This document shows, one piece after another, positions 50,628-59,850 of a stretch of DNA of 64,000 nt. Both the position numbers and the translations under genes were made by a program. The notes beneath the pieces are model-generated. The model had not been told where the DNA came from. It made no database searches and was given only the letters and a program-made list of their open reading frames with translations. The stretch comes from Candidatus Nanopelagicales bacterium (GTDB lineage Bacteria; Actinomycetota; Actinomycetes; S36-B12): the NCBI GenBank assembly GCA_030827125.1, contig JAURFD010000001.1, forward strand, positions 226,750-290,749. The letters are read 5' to 3'. Each line of letters opens with the position of its first letter. Positions within the stretch are counted from its first letter, which is position 1.

Positions 50628-52337
50628 ATGGCTACGCGCGGGCAAGACCGGCGTGCCCGCGAGGGTGCGCCTACCGACGCGGACTCACCGCGGCCGATCG
50701 GCTCCTCGCCGCGGCTGTGGGAGCGCGTCCTGCCCACGGTGCAGCACACACCCCTCATCGTGACCGGTGCGGTCCGTCGATTCCGCGAGGATCCGGCCCG
50801 GGGTCGGGCCGCCCTTGAGCGCGCCCTTCCTCGGCTGACCCCGGGTGCACCGGGCGGTGACGTGCTCGCCGCACTCGATCGGGCGATCGCGGCGGATCGC
50901 TACGACGAGGCGGTCACCTTGCTCGAACGCCTTGCTCCGGGTGACCCCGCGCGCCTTGGCGCGGAACTTGCGGTGGCCGGACTCGCCGGGCGACTGAACG
51001 ACGTCCTCGCCCATGAGCCGTCCGACCGACGCGGTCGGCGGGCGCTACGGCGTGCCGCGGCAGATCGGCAACGGCTCTCGGCCCCACTGCCCACCTGGTG
51101 CGCGGTATCGCCACGCACGCGTCCCACCACAGCAGAGGCGCCACGGATCCTCCACGTGGTGACCAATTCCCTGCCGCGCGTCCAGGCAGGCTCGACGATC
51201 CGCACTCAGCGCGTTGCCCGCGCGCAGCGCGACGCGGGGTGGGATGCCCAGGTCGTCACCCGTCCGGGATTCCCGGTCACTCGGGGTGAGGCCTGGGCCG
51301 CCGACGTGCAGTACGTCGACGGGATTCCCTATCACCGACTTCTGCCGCGGACGATGCCGTCCGAGGCTCGCGTGCCGGAGGTCTACGCCCGCGAGTTGGC
51401 CGCCCTCGTCGATGGGATCCGTCCCGATCTGCTCCACGGCGCCTCGGACCCGGTGAACGCCCGAGCCGCACTCGAGGTCGGGCGTCGGGCAGGTCTGCCG
51501 GTCGCCTACGAGGCGCGCAGCTTCTTCGAGGACACCTGGCTCAGCCGGCACGGAGGCGATCCCACGGCCGACACCTACCGCCTCCTCCGCGATCGCCACA
51601 CCGAGATCCTGCGGGCCGCTGATGTTGTGACGACGCTCGGTGTGGCCATGCGCGACGAGATCGTGCGTCGCGGGGTCCCCGCCGATCGCGTGATCATTGC
51701 CCCCAATGCCGTACCGGCCGCCTTCCTCGAGCCGCGAGCGGACACGGCGGAGCAGGCTCGCAGTCGCCTCGGCCTTGAAAACGCCGATCTGTGGGTTGGC
51801 AGCCTCGCGACTCTGAACGCCGACGAGGGCTTCGACACTCTCCTCGAGGCACTGGCTCTCCTGCGTGCCGAAGGGGTCGACGCGCGAGCGCTGCTCGTGG
51901 GGTCTGGCCCGACCTCGGCTGACCTCGCTCGACAGGCGGAGCAACGTGCAGTGCCCCTGACCATGCCGGGTCGGGTCCCGGTCGACGCGGTCCTGCCCTG
52001 GTACGACGCGCTGGACGTCTTCGCCTTCCCGCGACATGACACGGCGCTCAACCGCCTGGTTACCGGACTCAAGCCTGTGGAAGCCCAGGCCCGGGAGATC
52101 CCCGTGGTGGGCAGCGACCTGCCGGCCGTGCGGGAGGTGTCCGCTCCGGGGGCTGCTCTCGTGGCGTCCGGGGACGCGGCCGCGCTCGCGGAGGCCCTCA
52201 GCGGCCTGCTGGATCCCCGTGAACGAGGGGAGCGAGGCCGCGCCGCGCGCCAGTGGGTGAAGGAGACACGCACGTGGCCTCGCGTCATGGAGGCCTACCG
52301 GGCCGCGTACTCTTTCGGGGGTATCAGCGCCGCCTGA
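50628..52337 (+). CDS. GT4-family glycosyltransferase with ~190-aa N-terminal helical extension
   Basis: The GT-B core starts at RILHVVTNSLP. The C-terminal half has the donor-binding region (LVTGLKPVEAQAREIPVVGS). The preceding Ala/Arg/Leu-rich region has no recognisable motif. Confidence 0.7.
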   Translation: MATRGQDRRAREGAPTDADSPRPIGSSPRLWERVLPTVQHTPLIVTGAVRRFREDPARGRAALERALPRLTPGAPGGDVLAALDRAIAADRYDEAVTLLERLAPGDPARLGAELAVAGLAGRLNDVLAHEPSDRRGRRALRRAAADRQRLSAPLPTWCAVSPRTRPTTAEAPRILHVVTNSLPRVQAGSTIRTQRVARAQRDAGWDAQVVTRPGFPVTRGEAWAADVQYVDGIPYHRLLPRTMPSEARVPEVYARELAALVDGIRPDLLHGASDPVNARAALEVGRRAGLPVAYEARSFFEDTWLSRHGGDPTADTYRLLRDRHTEILRAADVVTTLGVAMRDEIVRRGVPADRVIIAPNAVPAAFLEPRADTAEQARSRLGLENADLWVGSLATLNADEGFDTLLEALALLRAEGVDARALLVGSGPTSADLARQAEQRAVPLTMPGRVPVDAVLPWYDALDVFAFPRHDTALNRLVTGLKPVEAQAREIPVVGSDLPAVREVSAPGAALVASGDAAALAEALSGLLDPRERGERGRAARQWVKETRTWPRVMEAYRAAYSFGGISAA

Positions 52338-52375
52338 GGGCGGAGCCGGCCATGGCGGCCGCGCGGCGACGAAGG

Positions 52376-53641
52376 ATGGATATGGCACGCGATCTCGTGG
52401 TCATCGGGCTCGGCTATGTCGGTCTGCCCCTCGCCCAGGAGGCCTGCCGATCGGGCCTCACGGTCACCGGACTCGACGTCTCCGAGCATGTTGTATCGGG
52501 TCTCAACGCTGGCCGATCGCACGTCGACGACCTGTCCGATGACGACATCAATGCCATGCTCAAGGCGGGATTCAGTGCGACGACCGACCCATCGGTCATC
52601 GGCGATGCGCACACCGTCGTCATCTGTGTACCCACCCCGCTGACGCCGGAGGGTGGCCCGGACCTCGGTGCCGTCCTCGGCGCAACGCAGTCGATCGCAG
52701 CGCACTTGCAGCGCGGGCAACTCATCGTCTTGGAGTCCACGACCTATCCGGGGACGACGGACGACGAGGTGCGCCCAGTGCTCGAGGCCGGCGGACTCGT
52801 TGCCGGCCGGGACTTCCATCTCGCCTTTAGCCCCGAGCGAATCGACCCGGGCAACCCCACCTATGGGATGCGCAACACACCCAAGGTCGTCGGCGGACAC
52901 ACGCCCGAGTGCACGGATGCGGCGTCAACGTTCTACGGGCGATTCGTCGATACCGTCGTGCCCGCGCGCGGGACCCGCGAGGCGGAGATGGCCAAACTCC
53001 TCGAAAATACCTACCGCCACATCAACATTGCACTCGTCAATGAGATGGCGCGCTTCTGCCACGAACTCGACATTGACCTGTGGGATGTCATCGCGGCGGC
53101 CAAGAGCAAGCCCTTCGGCTTTCAGGCGTTCTACCCCGGCCCCGGCGTTGGCGGTCACTGCATTCCAATCGATCCGAACTATCTGAGCTACCAGGTGCAG
53201 GCCAAACTCGGCTATCCCTTCCGCTTCGTCGAACTCGCGCAGGAGATCAACGCGGGAATGCCGACTTACGTCATCCGTCGGGTCCAGGACATCTTGAACG
53301 AGGACGGCAAGGCCCTGCGAGGAGCGCGCGTGCTACTCCTTGGCGTGACATACAAGCCCGACATCGCCGATCAGCGCGAATCACCGGCCAAGCCCATCGC
53401 CCAGCAATTGCGCGACAAGGGCGCCATCGTGGAGTACCACGATCCACACGTCACAGCCTGGCGTCTGAATGGCGAGACCCTCGCCCCGGTCCCCGACCTT
53501 GATGCCGCGGTGAGTGACGCGGATCTCACCATCCTGCTGCAAAACCACGATGCCTATGACATTCCCGCCCTCGTGGCGCGCTCGCGTCGTTTCTTCGACA
53601 CCCGAGGTGTCACCCGAGGTAACGAGGCGGTGCGACTCTGA
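52376..53641 (+). CDS. Nucleotide-sugar 6-dehydrogenase (UDP-GlcNAc/UDP-ManNAc dehydrogenase type)
   Basis: N-terminal VIGLGYVGLPLA Rossmann motif and the catalytic-Cys motif GVGGHCIPIDP. It belongs to the UDP-glucose/GDP-mannose dehydrogenase family. The substrate (GlcNAc, ManNAc or another sugar) is not resolvable by eye. Confidence 0.8.
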   Translation: MDMARDLVVIGLGYVGLPLAQEACRSGLTVTGLDVSEHVVSGLNAGRSHVDDLSDDDINAMLKAGFSATTDPSVIGDAHTVVICVPTPLTPEGGPDLGAVLGATQSIAAHLQRGQLIVLESTTYPGTTDDEVRPVLEAGGLVAGRDFHLAFSPERIDPGNPTYGMRNTPKVVGGHTPECTDAASTFYGRFVDTVVPARGTREAEMAKLLENTYRHINIALVNEMARFCHELDIDLWDVIAAAKSKPFGFQAFYPGPGVGGHCIPIDPNYLSYQVQAKLGYPFRFVELAQEINAGMPTYVIRRVQDILNEDGKALRGARVLLLGVTYKPDIADQRESPAKPIAQQLRDKGAIVEYHDPHVTAWRLNGETLAPVPDLDAAVSDADLTILLQNHDAYDIPALVARSRRFFDTRGVTRGNEAVRL

Positions 53642-53691
53642 TCGACGGCGGACAGCAGGTCGCAGCGAGCACCGTCACCGTCCCGGCCGAC

Positions 53692-54543
53692 GTGCTCGCC
53701 CGGGAGGCCGGGCTCACCCGAGTCAACAGCCGGCCGCCCTTCTTCGCCTACCTCCGCTCGCTGTGGCAGCGGCGTGCGTTCATCCGCGCGTTCGCCAAGG
53801 CAAGCGTCGATAAGCAGAACACCAAGAGTCGACTGGGCCAGTTCTGGCAGGTGATGGATCCGGTCCTCACCATGGCCCTGTACTGGTTCCTCTTCGGATT
53901 CCTGCTCGGTGGTCGCGGCAGCGTGGAGAATTACACCGGCTTCCTCGCGGCGGGTGTCTTCAGTTTTGCGATCATTCGCCAGTCCATTACGGCGGGTTCG
54001 CGTTCCATCTCGGGCAATGAGGGACTCGTCCGCTCCATTCACTTCCCGCGCGCGGTCTTGCCGATCGCCGTGGTGATGAAGCAACTGCGGGTCTTCTACT
54101 ACGCGATCCCCATCATGGTGGTGATTCTGCTCATTACGGGTGAGCCGATCACGTGGCGATGGTTGCTCGCGCCCGTCGGACTTCTGCTCATCGTGATGTT
54201 CTCGCTGGGTATGGCGATGATCATGGCCCGCATTGTGGCGACGCTGCAGGATGTGTCAGAGATCCTCGGATATCTGCTGCGCATCTGGGGATACATGTCC
54301 GGCGTGATGATCCCGATCGCCGACCGTCTCAGCCGGCTCGGCTTGCCGCCGTGGGCCGTGTTCATCATCGAAATCAATCCGGGGACGGTTTACCTCAACG
54401 TGATGCGTGATGCCCTCATGGCCTCCTATTACTCACCGGGCGGAGCACTGAACTGGATTCTGGCGGTCGCCTGGGCCGTGGTGATGCTGCCCTTCGGCAT
54501 GTGGTTCTTCTGGCGGGCGGAGGATCGCTATGGTCGAGGATGA
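53692..54543 (+). CDS. ABC-2-type polysaccharide/teichoic-acid exporter permease (Wzm/TagG-like)
   Basis: 283 aa with six predicted TM segments and the N-terminal amphipathic LRSLWQRRAFIRAF ... LGQFWQVMDPVL typical of ABC-2 permeases. GTG start is uncertain. Confidence 0.8.
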   Translation: MLAREAGLTRVNSRPPFFAYLRSLWQRRAFIRAFAKASVDKQNTKSRLGQFWQVMDPVLTMALYWFLFGFLLGGRGSVENYTGFLAAGVFSFAIIRQSITAGSRSISGNEGLVRSIHFPRAVLPIAVVMKQLRVFYYAIPIMVVILLITGEPITWRWLLAPVGLLLIVMFSLGMAMIMARIVATLQDVSEILGYLLRIWGYMSGVMIPIADRLSRLGLPPWAVFIIEINPGTVYLNVMRDALMASYYSPGGALNWILAVAWAVVMLPFGMWFFWRAEDRYGRG

Positions 54544-55498
54544 CGATGAGATGGAGATCGATCTCAGTGAGGAGGCCGACTTCTCCGATGTCGCGCCACC
54601 ACGCGAGAACGATCCGAACGCGCCAATCAAGGTGGTCGTCGACAACCTCCACATCGTCTATCGGGTGTGGACCGCTCCCGACCAGCCCCTAGAGGACACC
54701 GCCAGTCGCTGGCAGCGCATGCGCGCACGCCGGCCCGTGTCGACCAAGAGGGAGATCCATGCCCTGCGTGGCGTGAACTTCGTCGCGCGCCAGGGTGAGG
54801 CGGTGGGCGTCATCGGCAAGAATGGCGCGGGCAAATCCACGCTTATGCGCGCGATCGCCGGGCTCCTTCCGCCAAATCAGGGCGTGGTCTACGCCGACGG
54901 TCAACCGACGATGCTCGGCGTGAGTTCGGCGCTGATGCAGGCGCTGTCCGGCCTGCGCAATGTCGAGCTCGGCCTGCTTGCTTTGGGCCTCACTCCCAAG
55001 GAGGTCAAGGCGCGCATCCCGGACGTCATCGAATTCAGCGGAATTGGATCGGCGATCCATATGCCGATGAGCACCTATTCGTCAGGCATGTCCGCACGGT
55101 TGAAGTTCGCCATCGCCTCGGCGGTCACCCACGAAATCTTGCTCATCGATGAGGCGCTGTCGACCGGTGATGGTGAGTTCGTCAAGCGGTCGAGTCAGCG
55201 CATCCAGCAATTGCGCGATGACGCGGACACCATCTTCCTCGTAAGTCACTCGATGGGCGCCATCCGGTCCGCCTGCAATCGCGTGCTGTGGCTCGATGAG
55301 GGACAGATCCTGGCTGATGGACATCCGGACGACATCATCCCCGAGTACGAAGCGCGCTTCGGCCTGAAGTCGAAGAAGGCCATGCGTGAGCGGCGGAAGA
55401 AGCGCAAAGACGCCAACGAGCAGGCGATGGCCGAACTCGCCGCCGAAGGGTCGGACATGGTCAGCGCGACGGACCCGACGGTTCGCGGCCGGGACTAG
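54530..55498 (+). CDS. Polysaccharide/teichoic-acid exporter ATP-binding protein (Wzt/TagH-like)
   Basis: Walker A GKNGAGKSTL, signature YSSGMSARL, Walker B LLIDEA. It has an acidic N-terminal tail and a short charged C-terminal tail. Confidence 0.85.
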   Translation: MVEDDDEMEIDLSEEADFSDVAPPRENDPNAPIKVVVDNLHIVYRVWTAPDQPLEDTASRWQRMRARRPVSTKREIHALRGVNFVARQGEAVGVIGKNGAGKSTLMRAIAGLLPPNQGVVYADGQPTMLGVSSALMQALSGLRNVELGLLALGLTPKEVKARIPDVIEFSGIGSAIHMPMSTYSSGMSARLKFAIASAVTHEILLIDEALSTGDGEFVKRSSQRIQQLRDDADTIFLVSHSMGAIRSACNRVLWLDEGQILADGHPDDIIPEYEARFGLKSKKAMRERRKKRKDANEQAMAELAAEGSDMVSATDPTVRGRD

Positions 55499-55500
55499 CC

Positions 55501-56571
55501 GTGCGCGTCCTCGTCCTGTGTGCCGTGCACGATCCGCGAGATGCGCGCATCGCGGAACGCGAGATCGCGGCCCTTCTCGCGGCGGGGCATGAGGTGACCC
55601 AGGCCGGTCCGTTCAGCGCCTACGGCGCGGTGCCGCGTGATGGAGTGCGCGGCATCGATATTCCCCGAGCGACGGGCCGACGGCGCTTGGGCGCACTGCG
55701 TGAGTCGCGGCGAGTGCTGCGGCGTGAGGCTGCCTCCCACGACGTGGTGATCTTGCACAGTGCCGAAGCGGTAGCCGCCGCCACCGGGCTGCGCCATCCG
55801 TCCATCGTGTGGGATGTCCACGAGGACACCGCTGCGTCGCTCAGCCTGAAGCCTTGGTTGCCCAATCTGCTGCGTCGTCCCGTGGCCGGTCTCGCCCGTG
55901 CCGGGGAGTCGCTCGTCGAACGCCGTCGGCACCTTCTGCTCGCTGAGACGGCGTACGCACATCGGTTCGGCAGCGACCACCCGGTCGTGCCGAACAGTCC
56001 TGTGGTTCCGGCGCGAGTCCCGGCGAGCGGCCGCGGACGTGCGATCTACGTCGGGAGTGTGACAGTGGCGCGCGGCGGTGACGACCTCATCGCGCTGTCC
56101 CGACGACTGACCACTGTGAGCGTCGATGTGGTGGGCCCGGCGACCGGGGACCTGGTGGGACGGCTGCGCGCGGCCGAGGGTGAGTCGTTTCACTGGTGGG
56201 GATTCCGTCCCAACGCCGAAGCGCTCGCGCAGGTGGAGGGAGCGACCGTTGGCCTGTCACTCCTGCACGACGAGCCGAACTATCGGCACTCCATGCCCAC
56301 CAAGGTGTTGGAGTATCTCGCACGCGGTGTGCCCTTCATCTCGACTCCGCTTCCCCTGGCCGTTGACGTGGCCGAGCAGAGTGGCGCGGGGGTGATTGTG
56401 CCGTTCGGGGACCTCGATGCCGCGGCCGTCGCGGTGCAAGAGCTCAACGACGACGACGCGCGACGTCAGGCGATGGCCGAGGCTGGGAGGGCGTGGGTGC
56501 GTGCGAATGCCGACTGGGCCAACGACGGCCCGGCCTTCGTGGCGATCCTGGAGTCCTGGGCGCGGGGTTAG
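55501..56571 (+). CDS. Glycosyltransferase (GT-B fold, GT4-like)
   Basis: 356 aa. E-x7-E-like region SMPTKVLEYLARGVPFIS, and the N-terminal VRVLVLCAV typical of GT-B enzymes. Confidence 0.7.
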   Translation: MRVLVLCAVHDPRDARIAEREIAALLAAGHEVTQAGPFSAYGAVPRDGVRGIDIPRATGRRRLGALRESRRVLRREAASHDVVILHSAEAVAAATGLRHPSIVWDVHEDTAASLSLKPWLPNLLRRPVAGLARAGESLVERRRHLLLAETAYAHRFGSDHPVVPNSPVVPARVPASGRGRAIYVGSVTVARGGDDLIALSRRLTTVSVDVVGPATGDLVGRLRAAEGESFHWWGFRPNAEALAQVEGATVGLSLLHDEPNYRHSMPTKVLEYLARGVPFISTPLPLAVDVAEQSGAGVIVPFGDLDAAAVAVQELNDDDARRQAMAEAGRAWVRANADWANDGPAFVAILESWARG

Positions 56572-56640
56572 GCTGCGCCGGCTCGGCCGGCGTCGCACTA
56601 CCGAGCGCGCATTGCCATCGGGCGCCGGCCTGCCGGGCGC

Positions 56641-57729
56641 CTAGTCGCCAGACTCCTCCTCCGCCGCGGGCTTGCCGCCGCGGCGTTGGCTGAGCAGGTA
56701 GGCGGCGGCCCCGGCCGCTCGGGCCACGTCCTCCGGTGTGGGTACGCCGTCGGTGCCATCGGCCGCGACCGCGAGGTCCGCGAGATCTCCGAAGATTCGC
56801 ACTCCGGTGGCGCCGAGGTCGGCGATGTCCTCGGCGGCCCAGGTGCTCACGGTCGGAAGTAGCGCGGCCGGGAGTCCGAGTCGCTCGCCGCGATCCGGGC
56901 GGTCCGTCCAACCGCGACGGATGAGGGCGCGATGGGTCGACCGGACCTCTCGCCGGCCTTCGCCGGCCGCACGGGCCGCCAGGTTGAATCCGAAGATCGC
57001 GTAGGTCTCCGGCCCAGTCAGCGAGATGTTCGCTTTGTCCTCGGGTACCACCGGCGGGAGGGCTGGTAGGTCGTCGATGCCGCAGGCGGACGCGAATCGC
57101 TCCCACACCAGGGCCGCGCCGCCCCCGGCAGCGGGGACCGTGACCACGCGAACGGACTGCGCCCCTGCCGCCAGCCAGCGCCGCACGAGTTCGCCGTATC
57201 GATACGCCCGCCAGAATCCTCGGCGCAGCTCATCGCGATGACTCTGCGTTTCGCGTTCCTGCGCGCGCAGGCGCAGGTAGTCCGGATAGGCCTCGAAGTT
57301 GCCGTTGCGCATGTGCTGCTGCCAGGAACTCGGCAGGATCCGCGCGAGATCGCGCGCGGTGACCACGACGTCCATCGATACGCCGTCGAACGCATCGACG
57401 ACCGCAGCCGCTCCGTCATCGGTGAGCACCGACAGCGCTTCGGCGGACAGGATGACCTCGCCGGGGGCGCTGTGCACCACCGAGAGAAGTGCTTCGGCAT
57501 CGGAGCCGTCCTGCTCGGTCCAGGCATCCGGCTGAAGGCCGATGCCGCCGGATTGGCGCGCGAGATCGATGAGACCGGGCACCTGATTGTGGTCGACGCG
57601 GCCGCGGGTCTCGATGGGATAGATGGTGGGGGCAAGTTCACCGGCGAGGACCAGCGCCTGCAGGGCGCGTTGAACGTATGTGGTCGCGGTTTTGCGCGGT
57701 CCGATGTGCAGAACGACGCGCGATGCCAC
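56641..57729 (-). CDS. Sulfotransferase-like protein, uncharacterised family (paralog of 58762-59850)
   Basis: The N-terminal VVLHIGPRKTATTYVQ resembles the PAPS 5'-phosphosulfate-binding loop. VVVTARDLARILPSSWQQH resembles the 3'-phosphate-binding R-x-x-x-D/S region. It is clearly paralogous to the gene two positions upstream. Confidence 0.5.
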   Translation of the reverse strand: MASRVVLHIGPRKTATTYVQRALQALVLAGELAPTIYPIETRGRVDHNQVPGLIDLARQSGGIGLQPDAWTEQDGSDAEALLSVVHSAPGEVILSAEALSVLTDDGAAAVVDAFDGVSMDVVVTARDLARILPSSWQQHMRNGNFEAYPDYLRLRAQERETQSHRDELRRGFWRAYRYGELVRRWLAAGAQSVRVVTVPAAGGGAALVWERFASACGIDDLPALPPVVPEDKANISLTGPETYAIFGFNLAARAAGEGRREVRSTHRALIRRGWTDRPDRGERLGLPAALLPTVSTWAAEDIADLGATGVRIFGDLADLAVAADGTDGVPTPEDVARAAGAAAYLLSQRRGGKPAAEEESGD

Positions 57730-57738
57730 GGGCTGGCC

Positions 57739-58752
57739 TCAGCGACCGAAGCGACGCCGGACGGCCGCGACGAGATCCTCGGGTCGCTGGTCGTCGCGGC
57801 CGAGGCAGTAGGCCCCGGCCACACCGCACAGGGTTGCTGCCGCCCACAGCAGGGACGACGACCCTGGATTGCGGCGTGAGCTCACCGCCGCCGCCAGGGA
57901 CAACACTCCGGCGGCCGCGAGTGGGAGGAGGGCAGCCGGCAAATCGCCCGCTTCACCGGAGATGCGCGACGTGCGGGCACCGACACTCGACCCGCTCTGG
58001 GCGTGCTTGGGCTGGTACTCCTCGGGCTCGCGCAGGTCCAGGGTCTTGCGCGTGCCGACCGCGGTCTCTACGCCGTAGCCGTGCTCCACGAGCCAGCGGG
58101 CACCCTCGGCCTCGATCGCGACGAGCTCCTCATCGGTGAGGGTGTCGCGCCACGCGCCAGCGCGACCGTCGGTGATGTGGTTGGAGGTCACGCGCAGGTC
58201 GTCGTCGACACCGTGCGCCTTGGCCGCGACTGCGCGCTGCTCCTGAGCCGCGAGATCGACGTCCGCGACGATCTTGGCCACTCCGGCCTCATCGATATCC
58301 ACCTCGAGGAACGTCGCGAGATCGCGGACCAGCCCCGGAACGTCATCGCGGAAGTCTTCATATTTGCCGATCCAGACATCCTTGCGTGAGGTCCAGAACT
58401 CATCACCGCGCAATTCACGGCGCACGATGAGGCGACTGTTGCGCGCACCACGCTCGGGATCGCCCGGCTTTGCGCGGCCCTTGCGATAGAGCGAAGCGAC
58501 GACGTCGCGAGGGTCGCGATAGGTGTAGAGGTATTTCGCTCCCGCGTCCGGGAAGTCGCCGCGGTTGAGGGCCGGCCGGAAGTGCACCTTGGCCATGAGG
58601 AGATCAGCCGGGTCCGCCGCCGCCGCGGGATATTCCGACGTGGGGATGCCACGCGGGTTGCGCAGGCCAGGGCGACCGTCGACGAGTTGTCGGGCGATCT
58701 GCCACACGAGCGTGGAACCGGAGCGGTGCATGCCGCAGACGAGGAGAAGCAC
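57739..58752 (-). CDS. Sulfotransferase with C-terminal membrane anchor
   Basis: GMHRSGSTLVWQ (5'-PSB loop) and YTYRDPRDVVASLYRK (3'-PB motif). The C-terminal ~70 aa contains two hydrophobic segments (LPAALLPLAAAGVLSLAAAV, LLWAAATLCGVAGAYCLG). GTG start. Confidence 0.65.
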   Translation of the reverse strand: MLLLVCGMHRSGSTLVWQIARQLVDGRPGLRNPRGIPTSEYPAAAADPADLLMAKVHFRPALNRGDFPDAGAKYLYTYRDPRDVVASLYRKGRAKPGDPERGARNSRLIVRRELRGDEFWTSRKDVWIGKYEDFRDDVPGLVRDLATFLEVDIDEAGVAKIVADVDLAAQEQRAVAAKAHGVDDDLRVTSNHITDGRAGAWRDTLTDEELVAIEAEGARWLVEHGYGVETAVGTRKTLDLREPEEYQPKHAQSGSSVGARTSRISGEAGDLPAALLPLAAAGVLSLAAAVSSRRNPGSSSLLWAAATLCGVAGAYCLGRDDQRPEDLVAAVRRRFGR

Positions 58753-58761
58753 GTGCGCAGT

Positions 58762-59850
58762 CTAGGTGCTGCGGACCGGGAGTCCGGCGAGGTAGGCCAT
58801 CGCCGCGCCCGCTGCGCGGGCGATCTCGTCCGGATCGGGACCGTCACCGACGGGAGCGTCGGCGTCCACCAGGAGATCGGATCGCGGACCGACGAGGATG
58901 GCCGAGGTCGAATCGAGAACCTCGACATCGTCACGGGCCCACGCGCGGGCCCGTTCGGCCCAATGGCGGGGGAGTTGAACGGGTGTTCCGCGGTCAGGTC
59001 GGACCGCGAAGGCCTCGCGCACCAGCCGGCCGCGCAGGGCACGCAGGTCAGGTCCGTCGGCCTTCACCGAGTCCACCTGCCGGTTTAGGGCGGCGAGGAC
59101 CAGGACCTCAGGCTCGGTCAGACCGACATTGGCGGCGAGGTCGTCGATGGTCGGAGGAGTTTCTGGCAGCGCGGGGCCCACGTCAAGGGCGCGCCGGAAG
59201 CGATGCCACAACTCATCCGGGGCCGCGCCGCGGCGGGGGACGGTGACGACGCTTACGGTGCGCGCGAAGGGCGCCCAGCGTTCGACCAGGGTGCCGATGG
59301 CATAGGCCCGCCAGAAGGTCTGGTCCGGATCGTCGTTCCACCGAGCGGCGCGCTCCCGTGCGTTGCCCTCGCCACGACGGTCGGCCTGTTGCTGAAGGAA
59401 CGACGGGAAACTCGTCGACCTGCCATTGCGGATGTGCTGCTGCCACGAACTCGGCAGCACGCGTCCGAGATCACGGGCGGTGATGATGACGTGGGTGTTG
59501 GGGACCCCAAGACTCTCGACAAGACGTCGCGCTGCGTCGGCGTCGATGACGGAGAGCGCCTCGCCTGACACGATCGCCGTGCCATCCCACTGGCCGACCT
59601 TGCGCACGAGGCCGTTCCATGATCCTTCCTGCCCTCGCGCACGGGCCTCGGGCACCCACGGGAAAGAGGCGGTCCCGAGCAGTCCGTAGGCGGCCGCTTC
59701 ATGGTTGTAGACCTCGCGGCGCCCGTGCAGGCGCGTTGGGTAGAGCACGCCGTCGCGCTTGAGCGAGGACGAGAGGGCCGCGAGGACGCGCTGGAGGTAC
59801 GTCGTACCGGACTTCTGCGTACCGATGTGCAGCAGCAGTCGATCGGCCAC
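58762..59850 (-). CDS. Sulfotransferase-like protein, uncharacterised family (paralog of 56641-57729)
   Basis: LLLHIGTQKSGTTYLQ, IITARDLGRVLPSSWQQH, FWRAY and VSVVTVP are all shared with the paralog. Start GTG 59850 is preceded by GGGAG; the track ORF extends to 59904. Confidence 0.5.
   Translation of the reverse strand: MADRLLLHIGTQKSGTTYLQRVLAALSSSLKRDGVLYPTRLHGRREVYNHEAAAYGLLGTASFPWVPEARARGQEGSWNGLVRKVGQWDGTAIVSGEALSVIDADAARRLVESLGVPNTHVIITARDLGRVLPSSWQQHIRNGRSTSFPSFLQQQADRRGEGNARERAARWNDDPDQTFWRAYAIGTLVERWAPFARTVSVVTVPRRGAAPDELWHRFRRALDVGPALPETPPTIDDLAANVGLTEPEVLVLAALNRQVDSVKADGPDLRALRGRLVREAFAVRPDRGTPVQLPRHWAERARAWARDDVEVLDSTSAILVGPRSDLLVDADAPVGDGPDPDEIARAAGAAMAYLAGLPVRST

Noticed and set aside
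56572-56640. Terminator hairpins between the convergent GT gene and the last sulfotransferase-like gene.
   Set aside because: Only short, imperfect GC stems are present (for example CGCCGGC-TCG-GCCGGCG). Stems of this size are frequent by chance in this composition, so the evidence is too weak to annotate.
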